From: Ancylonema sp.
Lineage: Eukaryota
Direction of reading: 5' to 3'
Length of the DNA: 64,000 nucleotides
Assembly (NCBI GenBank): GCA_050230475.1
Contig: JBFLGF010000039.1
Coordinates: 1-64,000 of the forward strand
Of this stretch, positions 25,901-38,370 are shown piece by piece. Both the position numbers and the translations under genes were made by a program. The notes under the pieces were generated by a model that saw nothing but the letters and a program-made list of their open reading frames with translations, searched no databases and had not been told where the DNA came from. The first letter of the stretch is position 1. Every line of letters begins with the position of its first letter.

Positions 25901-27218
25901 GTCACCATTCCTGTGGGCATAAAAGTCTTTTCAAAATCCTTGAAGACATCCCTCACGAGGTCATCATGCATCATCTGGTCGGAAGTGTGCGTGTGAAGTA
26001 GTGGGGAACAATTGAGTTGAATACTGAGGGAGAGTGTGGAGGTGTAACACTCAAGAAATGTATGTACAGTCCTGGGATGCGCGTAAATCTATTCAGTGGT
26101 CAAAAAGCCAGAGAAGCAGGGTGGTCCTACACTTGCAGCGGAAAAGAAAGTGGCATCATTCCAGTCTACAACAAATATGGGCAACAAGTCTGCACTCTGC
26201 AAGAAACATCGACACGTCGAAAAACCCTTATTTGTACTCCAGTTCGACATCAACAACTTAGAGAAGGAGAAGTTGGGGTCGCTGCTTTCGAAATCAACCT
26301 CTTGCACACAAGACTTGGGCATGCAAATGAGAGAGTGCTCAAAAATCTGGCACGAGAGCATCTTGTAAGACGATTGGAAGGAGGCATCTCAAGAGTTTTG
26401 CAAAATTGTGAAGGGTGCAAGCTTGGGAAGGCACACGACAAACCTCATCCTCGACGAGAAGCTGGTGCAAGAGAACGAGTCTGCCTGGGAAGAGTATCGT
26501 TGGACTTGGCAGGGCCGTTCAATCCAGCATCGATAGGGGGAGGAGTGTACAACATGGTGCTAGTCGATGAATACAACCGAAAATCCTGGGTGGAAATACT
26601 TCGAAGCAAAGATGATGCAACTCCTCGTCTCAAGCAATCGATCGCAATCTGGGAAAGGCAAGCTAGAAAACCTGTCAAAAATCTGAGATCAGATCGGGGA
26701 GGAGAATTTCTCGATGGTGATCTGAAGAAGTGGCTCAAGAACAGAGGAATCAGACATGAGACAACTCCGCCAAACACTCCTCAAGGCAATGCAATCACAC
26801 AACGCATGAATCGTACATTGCAAGACAAAGCTCGTTCTATGCTCCTGCACATGCAACTTCCTCCTGGTCTATGGGCAGAAGCAATCTTTTTAACGTCGTA
26901 CCTCAAAGATCGATGTAAAGTCAGCGGTCTCCCCAAAACTTCAGAAGAGATGTGGTTTGGAGAGGTTCCAAAGGTTTGTCATCTTCGATCATTCGGCTCC
27001 AAAGTCTATGTGAGACTGGAGAAACAAGACCGGGCAGGGAAAATGAGTGCGTTGGCTTGGCTCGGTGTGTTAGTTGGATGGAATCCCGAAAGTCCTTGCT
27101 ACCGAGTCTGGGATCCTGCAACGAACAAAGTACACAACGTTGTCACTGGTCATGCAGACTTCGATGAATCTGTCAAACCAAGCTGGTAGAGAGCACAAAA
27201 TTGGCAAGAAGGCAAGAG

Positions 27219-30200
27219 TGAAGCACACTGCCACTGGGCAATGTACGTTTTACTTAAGTAACTATAACAAGTAATAGGGACTCGAACCCCGTGACACGCG
27301 GGATCCCGAATCTACACCCACGAGAGCTCCTCAGTACCACACTGACTGATGGCTCTGTAGATTTGGCGTGTTTACTTGAAGGCAGAGTCCTCGATTAGAT
27401 CGAGCTCCGACTCTAAGTCACTTGAAGGCGTTACACGCCCTCAGCTGACAGTGATTGCCTAAGCCACTGTACTGCTCCACGAGCTGAACTGTCGATGCGG
27501 GGAAACCCGACATTGACGGTCGACATTACGTCACTTGTCACTTGGTCCGCCCGGGTAGACCGTGCGTGCGGACAGGCACTCGAACCGTCGAAACGCCGAA
27601 TATAATATTGCCCGGCAATATCTATTATCAGATTAATAATCATTACGGCGCGACCTTGCGCCAGATTAATAATACTCAAGTTCGGGGCGCTGGCACCCGG
27701 CCAGTGACCCTCTATATAAGCGATCCTGCTTATAGGCGCAATCGATACTTAGTCAAATATCGATAAGTAGCGGAATGTACTAAACGTGTACCGTCGATCC
27801 GTTACACTCGCCCCCCCTTAAGTGGCAATGTCCCCATTGACCACAAAAGAGTTACTAGGACCTAAACCGCTTCCGTAGCCCCGACTTGGCCGTTCCATCA
27901 GAAGACGTTAATCCCGCAGTGCGCTTAACACTCTTTGCACGAGCGTCTTTAGCCGTCGACAAGGTTTTTTGTCGGGCCAAGAACTTCTTTACCATCAACG
28001 GAGCTGACTGCTCGATGATAACCGGTGGTTCCCAAGTGTTATGTTCAGGTCCATAATCCACCCACTTGACCAGATATTCGCGTCGGGTTCCACGACCGAC
28101 CTTAAGTACTTGAGAATCTAGGAATTTCTCGATCTCGTACTCAACATTTACCACCACGGGCACCGGGGGCGGAACCACCGACCCGCCCGCTACAAAACGC
28201 CGCAACAAACTCACATGAAAAAAATTGCGAATTTTCAGATGCACAGGCAACTCCAATCGGTATGCAACTTCACCGATATGTTTCAACACCTTAATCGGTC
28301 CAATAAACTTAGGCCAAAGCGTACTGAGCCCGGGCATCGATAGAGTGATCTTCTTAGTAGATAGAAGAACACTACTCCCAAAAAGAAATGGTTCCACCAT
28401 CTTCCTGCGGTTGTCGGCAAACTGCTTGTGCCTCGCCTGGGCATCCTTATAACTCTTCCGAGCTTTCTTAAGGAGCCTGTCGATCTTGGCACGAAACCGT
28501 TCAGCAGCCGGGTCCCAATCTCCGGGCTGCCCGGTGGAAGTATTGGAAGCTCGCCGAGCAACCGCCAAATCCAACGGTGTCCTTGGGTGCTGACCGTCAT
28601 TCATCTCGAATGGTGTACACTGGATGGTTTCCTGCCAGGCGTTGTTGATGGAAAACTTAGCCAACGGCAACCAATCCTCCCAATCGAACATATCGACATC
28701 GATGAAGCAGCGCAAATACTGCTCCAATGTACGATTCATCCTTTCGGTTTGCCCATCCGAAACTCACAAAGAACGTCTGCGTGAAGTTGGCACGAAACTT
28801 TGGATCACGATCACAAATTATCTCACTTGGGAGGCCATGAAGTCTTACAACTCCATCGATGAAATACCGGGCAAAGTCCTTTGCCGTCATCGATTCCTCC
28901 ACTGGAATGAAATGTGCCATCTTCGAAAATCGATCGACAAATACCATAATAGAATTCCATCGAGGACATCCTAGGGGCTTTTAGGGGCTGTGAACTTATT
29001 TTGTCGACCCGACATCGGCACGCTAGTGATAAAATCCATAGTTACCGACGACCAACGTCGTTCCGGAATAGGCAAGGGTTGAAATAACCCTTGTGGTCTA
29101 CTATTCAACGTCTTCTTCCTTTGGCAATCAAGACAGCCTCGGACAAAGTTGGTCACATCCACCAACAATGTCGGCCACCACTAAGTACGCTTGATAAAAT
29201 CAACCGACTTCTTGGCACCAAAATGACCCGCAACCGAACGTGCGTGCCCAAGTTGCATGATTGTGTTTCGAGCCGCCGAGGGCACGAAAACACGATCATC
29301 TTTATACCAATTGGTATAGTTTAGGTGGTATACCCCTTGATGGGTTTGACAAGATGGGGAGCCCTCACACTCAGTGCCGTCGACATATCCGTCCGAGATC
29401 GTCTTTTCCACATCCGTAGCTTAATCTGGGAAACCAACATGGATAGCCAACATAGTCCGTCGTTGCATAGTGGTGGGGTCCGGAGAATGTCGACCCTCTC
29501 CTTCTCGCCCGCGCCGTGGTTTAGGTGTTGAGGCAACACTAGGTGGCAAGGGAACCAACCTATCGATACGACTTAGGGAGTCGGCCAAATTTGTGCGTCC
29601 TGGTCGATATTCCCACCGAAAGTCGAACGACTGTAAGAGCTCAGACCATCGTGCTTGCCGCCTTGACAACTCAGTTTTAGTACTTAGGAAGACATTCGGA
29701 TTGCGGTCTGTTACAACCACAAAGGAATGGGCACCTTCCAAATAGCACCTCCACTTTCGCAAACAATGAACGGTTGCGAGCAATTCTTGCTCCCCGACTC
29801 CATAGCGTTGTTCTGCTGAATTCATTGTTCGGGATTCGTACGCAACGGCACGGGAACCCTGGAGTAACACTACACCCAAAGAATGCATAGATGCATCTGT
29901 GACCACTTCACAAGGAAGTTCCGGATTAAACAACGCTAACGTTGGCGAGTGTGTTAAACACCACTTCAAGCGATCAAACGATTTTTGACACTCCGGTGTC
30001 CACTCACAGTGCGTCGATGCTTTTGTCAAGTTCGTCATAGGTTTGGCGATCTCCGCAAATCCATAAATGAGCTTACCGAAGTAATTCGCTAATCCTAAGA
30101 AAGACCGAACTTCCTTGACATCTCGTGGTTCCGGCCAATCTGGCACCACACTTAGCTTTTGAGTGTCGGGTCGGATACCGTCCGGACCGACCTCATGCCC

Positions 30201-33200
30201 TAAGTAAAGAAGTTTTTATTGCATAAACGTGCACTTCTTCTTTTTGGCATTAAACTTTTATATTTTCGCAATATCGACAAAGCTTGCCGAACATGCTCAA
30301 TATGTTCTTTCTCGTTTTTGGAGTAAATCAGAATATCATCTAGATAGACCAATAACAAACCTCCCGAGGTACGGGCAAAAGATGTCATTCATTGTCGCCT
30401 AAAAGGTAGCCGGGGCATTTGTCAATCCGAAAGGCAATACCTTAAACTCATAATGACCCATCGGCGTTCGAAACGCGGTCTTGGGGCAATCTTCCGGAGT
30501 GATCCGGATTTGATGATACCCGAGCAAGGTCCAAAGCCGTGAATACTTTCGCGCCATTCAATTGATCTAAAAGAGCATCGATACGTGGCAAAGCATATCG
30601 GTTTTTGACGGTTTGTTTGTTTAGTGCTCGAAAATCGATGCACATACGCAAACTCCCCCCTTTCTTACTGACAAACAAAATTGGTTGACCATACGGCGAT
30701 GAACTCGGGGTGATCCACCCCTTCGCCAGGTATTCCGTTATCTGTGTCTTTGCCTCTTTAACCTCAAGAGGACTCAACCGGTACATCGGTTCGAATACTG
30801 GCTTCGCACCCGGTTCCAAAGGAATCGTGTGATTCGCCGTTCCCCGATCGGGAGGCAACCCAGTCGGGAGTTCCTCGGGGAACACATCGCTAAACTCGTT
30901 TAACAATGTTGACATTTGAGGAGGGATGGCCGGCATCGTTTCCTCCTTTTGCTTTGGCCAGTCCTCTCCGTCCGCCAACTCTTCCTTAAGAGTTCGGAGT
31001 TGCACGAAGAAATCCGTAGCATCTTTCTTTATGGCTTTAGAAAGTTGAAGGGATGATAGCAAGGGTGCGATTGGCTTTTCCCTCGGACGTTGAATAGCAT
31101 TCAATGACATGAAGCGCTATCCCTTGTTTATCCTACACGATTTCATACCGAAATCGATCACCGCATTATGTTGATTCAACCATTCTAAGCCAAGAACGGC
31201 GTCAATATCCAGTGCTGGTGAAAGCACATTGAAAACAACTTTGTGGTTGTAGGGTCCCAATTTTGTATAAAGAGTCACTTGACCCAACATACTAACTTCA
31301 CGTCCATCCCCCAAGTCACCTTGACCTTGTCACGAGGAGTGAACGGAAAATGATGTTGACGAGCAAACGATTCACTTATGAAGTTCTGGCTAGCAAGGGT
31401 ATCCAAAGTTAACTTTATTGGTATACCGGCCACATGAGCTTCAAATGACAACGCCGTGAAATTGCAAACATCCTTGCACTTACGGTGCTCATTTTAAGTT
31501 TTGTTTTCAAGGCAGTTAGCGAGGGTTACCCCTGATGCATGCACCTGATTGACTTTTTCAAACTTTGAGATTTGCTTTACAGCCGTAAACGCATTCGGCC
31601 AAGATGTGGTGTATGACTTTGGTTTCATGTAAAAACACTTAAATGAACCCGTCATTGTACGAGAAAGTGTTTTATGCAATCGACTAATTCCTTTCCAGAA
31701 GGCATGCACAGATACACATCTTATGGCTGGTGTGTGATAGCAAAGAAATCACGTGGAGTCATGGCAACACATTTGTACAGATCATTAACAAATGACTTAT
31801 TATCAACATTGCAAACAATAAGGGGCAACTTCCCACCTATTACAATGAGATCATCTTTGTTGGCGACTACAAATCGTGGCTTGGCCTGCTAACTCCGTGA
31901 CTCCAAGTCAGAGTGAGCTAGCCGTTTCCACTTTTCTCTTTCTTTCAATATCCATACTTGGATACAACTTGGCAAGGCTTCCTTAGCCAAGCAATTAGAC
32001 TACCGTCAAACAATACTTTGCTTGAAGTCTCCAAGTATTTAACTGTCACTTCTGACATTTGGCTTTCTTGGGTATTCCACCCGGCAACTACCCGTACGGG
32101 GAAAACACACTATAACCGAACATATGAGGAACCATGCACGTTGCCTAACATGGCCTTGTGCAGCCTCATAGTCGAAAGTGAAGTTATATCTAGTTGCAGC
32201 CATTGCGCCTCAGTGCCCACTGCGCTATTGTGCCGTTGCAGCCTTCTTCCATGCGCCACTTGCGCCCTGGACCTTCGGCTGGATTCTGCTCCGGTGGAGC
32301 TGTGACTTTGAAGGACTGCCACAGGAGAACCACTTCTTAGTCTGCAACGTTACAGTATGCAAAAGAAAGCGGCATAAATTTTGAATCTATAACTCAAAAT
32401 TTCAGTTCAAACGGATACCATCCGAGAACACAGCAGCCTTTTGAAAACAGTCTGTCATACAGACATTGAAAACAGACTGTCATACAGACGACTGTTCCCT
32501 GAATCAGAACCAGCAGGTGGTTTGATCTAACATCAGTTACTAAGTACTGTTCCATTTTGAGAGCGGAAATGTGCGCCGGTTCGCAAATTTTGTTTACCAG
32601 ACACTCACAAAAACGCATGAGTTTTGACCCAGCCAATATGGAGAAATGTGTAGTTATGTGCAGCTGGTCAAATAAGACATCTGAATGACATTTTTGCTAA
32701 TATCTTCCAATCCCGTGATTCACTTGACTTCAAACTGCTGCAGGTGTTAGAAAGACATCCTCCCTGATACGCTGACCAAGTTTGATCTCAAACGGAGCAG
32801 TTAATCTCTCGCCGTATCCAATCGCGTCTCCGGACTCGAGGTCGCCAAAATTCTGGGCGCGATTCGGAGGCGTAGTACTTCGTAAAACTCAAATTTCACA
32901 CTGATCAGAGTTGAGATTGAGTATACTATTGAAAGCGTGTTGCCTAGAAACGCTAGGCTCTGATACCAATGAAGCACACTGCCACTGGGCAATGTACGTT
33001 TTACTTAACTAACTATAACAAGTAATAGGGACTCGAACCCCGTGACACGCGGGATCCCGAATCTACACCCACGAGAGCTCCTCAGTACCACACTGACTGA
33101 TGGCTCTGTAGATTTGGCGTGTTTACTTGAAGGCAGAGTCCTCGATTAGATCGAGCTCCGACTCTAAGTCACTTGAAGGCGTTACACGCCCTCAGCTGAC

Positions 33201-33540
33201 AGTGATTGCCTAAGCCACTGTACTGCTCCACGAGCTGAACTGTCGATGCGGGGAAACCCGACATTGACGGTCGACATTACGTCACTTGTCACTTGGTCCG
33301 CCCGGGTAGACCGTGCGTGCGGACAGGCACTCGAACCGTCGAAACGCCGAATATAATATTGCCCGGCAATATCTATTATCAGATTAATAATCATTACGGC
33401 GCGACCTTGCGCCAGATTAATAATACTCAAGTTCGGGGCGCTGGCACCCGGCCGCGACCCTGCTTATAGGCGCAATCGATACTTAGTCAAATATCGATAA
33501 GTAGCGGAATGTACTAAACGTGTACTGTCGATCCGTTACA
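27219..33540 (-). mobile_element. Ty3/gypsy chromovirus nested in copia B
   Basis: Near-identical TG...CA LTRs 27219-27806 and 32970-33540; PBS TGGTATCAGAGCC 32968-32956; PPT AAGGGGGGGCGAG; domain order PR-RT-RH-INT-chromodomain. Confidence 0.96.
27855..31440 (-). pseudogene. Chromovirus pol (PR, RT, RNase H, integrase, chromodomain), frameshifted
   Basis: [79 protein letters not shown]. Confidence 0.94.
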
Positions 33541-36500
33541 CTCGCCACCCCATTGACAAGAGTGCATGAGCCAGTTGAGGAGCCAAAAATTTCATGGCCA
33601 TATCTGGATGCAGCTGATCAAGGAGCAGGAGGGGGCAGTTCTGGAAGTGGGCAACCTGCCTATGGCGATCCAAATTTTGTCGATGAAGAGATCCCAGATG
33701 TTGTGGGAAATCCATTACCACACCTTCCGAGTTCTCTTCTTCCTCAAAGTGCGGATCTTCCAGAACTTATCAACAATTCTAGTGGAGACGATGAGGACGA
33801 AGATTACTTGGAAGATGGTCCTGAATGGTATCCAAATGATGCTACGCCTCTTAATCCGCTTGGCGTGACGGACGACTTTTCTGAACCTTCTATCGATGAT
33901 TCAGACTATGACCCTCGGCATGTTCGTCGATCTCCAAGGGAAAATAGAGGAGTGCATCCCAACAGATTTGCTGCTGCTTTTGTTGCCAACTTAGAGAGTG
34001 AGATAAAGACACCAACGACTGTGGAGGAGGCTCTTAAGAGTCCAAAAAAAGCTCAGTGGCAAGCTGCAATGGCCGCTGAAATGGGAAGTCTACAAGAGAA
34101 CCAGGTCTATCGACTTGTGCCAAGGCCGAGGGGGAAGAAAATTGTGAAGTCAAAGTGCGTGTTCAGGATCAAATTCAATGCTGATGGTTTTGTAGAAAAT
34201 ACAAAGCAAGAATTGTGGCTAAGGGATTAAGTAGAGGGAGAGGTCTACGATCAAACCTTTTCTCCAACTGTTCGATTTGAGAGTATGCGTCAACTTGTCG
34301 CCATGGGAGCGTCCAGGGGTCTACACATGCACTAGATTGGATGTTACAACATCTTTTCTCTATGCGCCCCTGGAAGAGGAGGTGTACATGGAAGCTCGTG
34401 ACGGCACGTGTGGGCCTGGTGAAGCAGATTGGTGTGGCTGCTACTCAGGTGCCTGTATGGCCTCAAGCAGGCGCCGAGAGGATGGAATCAACACATCGAC
34501 GATGTGCCAAAAGGCATGCAGTTTCATCGTCTTGCTTCAAATTTTGGCCTTTATATTCTGGGAAAAGGGCCGGAAGCACTCTACTTGGCACTATACGTGG
34601 ATGATATGTTTCTCCAATGCATCAGGCTGGCAATTTTTTTTGGGGTGAAAGGAGGGCTGGGAAAGCGCTATAACATGAAAGATCTAGGAGAAGCAAAGTT
34701 CTTGCTGGGGCTTGAGATTCGAAGGCAGCCTGATGGCAACGTGTTTTTGGTGCAAGAGAAATATGCCAGGGATCAACTCAAAAAGTTTGGGATGCAAAAC
34801 TGCAATTTTGCTGCTACTCCTCTTGAGCTGGGTGTCAAATTTTCTACAAACCGTGAATCTGCTTCAGAATCTGCTAGAATACAGGGTGTGGGATACAAGT
34901 CTGCAATGGGCAGACCCGATCTGGCAGACCCGATCTGGCAGATGTTGTTAACTCCTTGTGTTGATACAGTCAGCAGCCAGGGGACAAGCATTGGGAGGGG
35001 GTCAAGAGAGTTTTGCGCTATCTCAAGGGGACTGTCGATTTGGGGCTGATGTATAAGAAAGGAAGTGATTTGCCAATCATGGGTTACTCAGATGCTAGTC
35101 ATGGTGATGACGTCGACACTAGGAAGGGGAGAACTGGCTATGTCTTTCTTAGTGGAGGAGCTGCTGTGAGCTGAAAAAATGGTCTGCTGGAAACAGTGAC
35201 ACACTCAAGCTGTGAGAGTGAGTATTTGGCATTGAGTGTTGCTGGCAATGAGGCCATTTATTTGAGCCAGATGCAAAAAGAGTTGGGTATTGGTGGGGGG
35301 AGTGTGCTGTTGCTAGGGGACAATGAGAGTTCTTTGAAACTTGCTCAGAATCCTGTCTTCCACAAACGCTCCAAACACATCGAGATCAAGTATGATTCCA
35401 TTCGAGAGAGGGTGTCCAAGAAAAAGATCAGTCTCCAGTTTGTAAAGAGTGAAGACCAGGTTGCTGATATGTTGACAAAACCGGTGTCTGTCAAGATGTT
35501 GAAGAAGAATTGTGATTTGGTGGGGTTGGTGTATGAAAAATAGCTGGTACATTGCTTGACTTTACTTTGTTGAGTTTTGTGAGTTTCGTGAGTTCTGTGA
35601 GTTCTGTGAGTTTTTATTGCATTTTGTTTGTGAAATCGATATCGTTTTCGTTATCGTTTTTGGAGGGGGAATACAAAAGTACCCAGGGAGGGGGTGTTAG
35701 TTTTTAGGGGCTGTGAACTTTTCTCGTTATATCGATTTTAGCAATACCGGGAATTTAGCTTTAGTTTTGTCGTTATTCAACAAATGCAGGCTGCAGGCCG
35801 ATGTCCTTGTTTCAATGATTACTTGGCCATCTGGCACAAGTGTCGATAAGAACTAGTTGATGTGGCAGAATGCTTAGAATTTGATTGGCAGTTGACTAAG
35901 TAGTTTCGATATCAGTAGATCTCCTTTGACCAGGCAGCAATCGATTGTACTAGGTCTGGTACTAGGTACTTCAAACTTGCATTTTTGTTGTGTCAATGTT
36001 TGTAATGACGTGATATGTTTGATTCACACAAACTTCGTTGATAAGTCACATACACCGCTTGAATAACATGCTTGTGTTATCACGAGGGACTCAACCTTCA
36101 CCAACTACTCTAAAGTGACCAGCAGAAGAGCTTTGTACCATAGAGGTCGGCAACTTTTGGCAAGTGCGTAACAAGGATTTTTTTCCCCCCGACACCCGCT
36201 AACTGTCACCCTTGTCAATTCTCAGCACCCAGGCTTTGAGTGTTCACCAAGCAGAGATTTGCAGATTAGTAATCGCTGACAAAGATAATCACCGACCAGA
36301 GGAAGAATTTATCGAGTACGAGGAAGGAGATTTAGATTTTGGCATTCTAGTGTATGCAGTGGACAAGAGACCGGTACAACCGTTTGATAAAGGTATCACC
36401 CGACAGTTCATCGAATTCTACTCTAGCGAATACAGACAATTCCGAGTGACAAAACAATCTCAGTGAACTTGCAAATTTTTTACCTATCAGTATGTTCGAC

Positions 36501-37070
36501 GAATCACCTCTAGACGTCGTAATACAGCTAGGTGGACCTACGTCACAGGCCATCGCAGGCGCAAGACCCATTGTTGTGATACCGACGGTACCCTTTACTA
36601 TCACCCCGAAACATATTTTTGACACCACTGCAGACAACATGTCTAAACAGAAAGTACCTCTGTATTATGGAGAGGTCGGTGATAAACAGGAGATTTATCG
36701 ATGCATTGTGGTCAGACTACAGGTACAAAATTTCAAACGAACGGAACGGACATGTTGAGTGGGATACCATCGAGTATGCAGGTCAATTTACAAAGGGTAT
36801 TGCTCACGACGTCTGGAAAAAGTATAGAAAAGACAACCTTGGTGATGCAACCCTCAAAGCCTCTCATCACGACGGGGACCTTCCCTACCGTTCCCTACCG
36901 ATCCGTACCATTCCCTACCGATGATTTCCTACCGCCCTACCCCATACCGAGCCCACTGCGGTTGGGCTAATTTCCCTACCCCCTACTGCATATTTGAGCA
37001 TCGGTAGCTACCGTTGTAGCTACCGCGGTGAAACGGGTTGGGAGTAGGGCGGTAGGATGGCAACGACCTA

Positions 37071-37406
37071 CCGTACCAGCCAAAGATAATGCGCGAGCAA
37101 ATCGGAAAATTAATTAATAGAAGTACGCTTCAAACTGTTGCGCCATCGATTTTTTAATTAATTAGTACGCGCCAAATTTGTGCGCAAGACAAATTTTGAA
37201 TAAATGTTTTTTAACTGCGCGAGGTGTTTTGGAATTTTTTGTATTGGATTTTTGTACTGCGCCAAATTATCGTCGATTTTATTATTTTATTTGCTTTAAA
37301 AGTACGCGCCAGCGTGTTCAAAATAATTATTTCAGTACGCGCCAAAAACGTGTGCGCCAGGCAAAATGGTAATTATTTTCTGGCGCGTTATCTCTGGCTG
37401 GTACGG
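37071..37406. mobile_element. Tc1/mariner/pogo-type MITE (336 bp)
   Basis: ~24-nt TIR CCGTACCAGCCA(A/G)AGATAA(T/C)GCGC, flanked by TA at 37069-37070 and 37407-37408; AT-rich core with GTACGCGCCA repeats. Confidence 0.85.
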
Positions 37407-38370
37407 TACCGGCATCGTTGAACCTTGCCAGCAGGGATCTCTGTGTTTGCTAACATCATGTGAACGGTCTGGATGCGCTGGGCGTTCAAAATATTTGCCG
37501 GTACCGAAGTTTGGTACGCGGCTTGAGGATTTCCGGGATACGCAGCTTGTGGACCGCCTGACCTATTCTTGGATGGTTGTGCAGCTGGCAGATTCTTTCG
37601 TACCAGAAATGAATACGTGTCCCCCCTGAATGTCCGGACAGAACGTGCATCGATTTTAGCAATGTACGGTTGACGGTATGGATTCCGGTAGTGCAATGGA
37701 TGTTCGATAGCCCGACTGTCCGCAGTACTGATTCAAATAACGGCTGCTTAACTGTGTGGTCGGGCGGCAACCCCAGATGGGGGTCTCTGGACGGCCGGCC
37801 GTTACATGATGTCAGATTGTGCTGACGGGTTCTGCAGCGAGATCCACGACAGAGGCAAACATTCCAATAGCTTCCAGCCGTCGATGCTGGGTTTGGGCCG
37901 TCAAGATTTAATTACTTGAGATTTCAATTGCGTACCTAGAGTTGGGCTGGACAACTTTAGTCCGGCATCCGTCCGCGTTACAAACTCAGCAGTTTGTCGC
38001 CATAAATAAGTGTCATGTTTCGTCCGCCGATCGCGCCCACGATCTCAAGAGTCATTCATAACCCTGTTGCTGTCAAGAGACCTGGCAGGCGTTTCTCCAA
38101 AGCTAATGCGCAAACATTGCTTCAAAACACCTGAAGTATCAACAGCCACCACATTCGGAGCCATTTCCAGCCTCCTGTTCGTCTTCTACGCCTGCACCCC
38201 CTTGCCATTGAGCCTTGCTGGAGCGGCCTGTCAGAGGGAGAAAGAGAAGGGAAAGGTTTTGGAAGGCACGACGTGGTTTCTTGGTTTGAACAAGGAAAAC
38301 ACAGTCGCTTCCTTCGAGAGTGCGAGAAGAACATAGTGCCGCTAGGTCAGCAGCTTTTGAATCTTGGAAG

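Larger units (their letters stand above)
24812..35543 (+). pseudogene. Copia B gag-pol, split by the chromovirus insertion
   Basis: CYTCG and CKYCGAIGH knuckles, LHTRLGH, SLDLAGP, RSDRGGEF integrase (26017-27189); LYGLKQAP, YVDD, SCESEY, ADMLTK (33560-35543); multiple stops and frameshifts. Confidence 0.92.
24367..36028 (+). mobile_element. Ty1/copia LTR retrotransposon B (degenerate, hosts the chromovirus)
   Basis: LTRs 24367-24781 (TG mutated to CG) and 35695-36028; TSD CAAAC; PBS TGGTATCAGAGC 24783-24794; [12 protein letters not shown]. Confidence 0.95.
23285..36870 (+). mobile_element. Truncated old LTR element (LTR 23285-36152, interrupted by copia B, then a gag-like remnant)
   Basis: Homology to 14103-15371 continues across the copia B insertion. 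A putative LTR end CA at 36151-36152 is followed by ACTTTTGGC (PBS-like) and a frameshifted gag-like piece (MSKQKVPLYYGE../RFIDALWSDY..GIAHDVWKKY). Confidence 0.45.

Noticed and set aside
27431..27679. Identical 82-aa ORF at 27431 and 33182 as a duplicated gene
   Set aside because: It lies inside the two LTRs, starts at TTG and has no motif.
31494..32804. piggyBac-like insertion bounded by TTAA replacing gag
   Set aside because: No terminal inverted repeats inside the TTAA sites.
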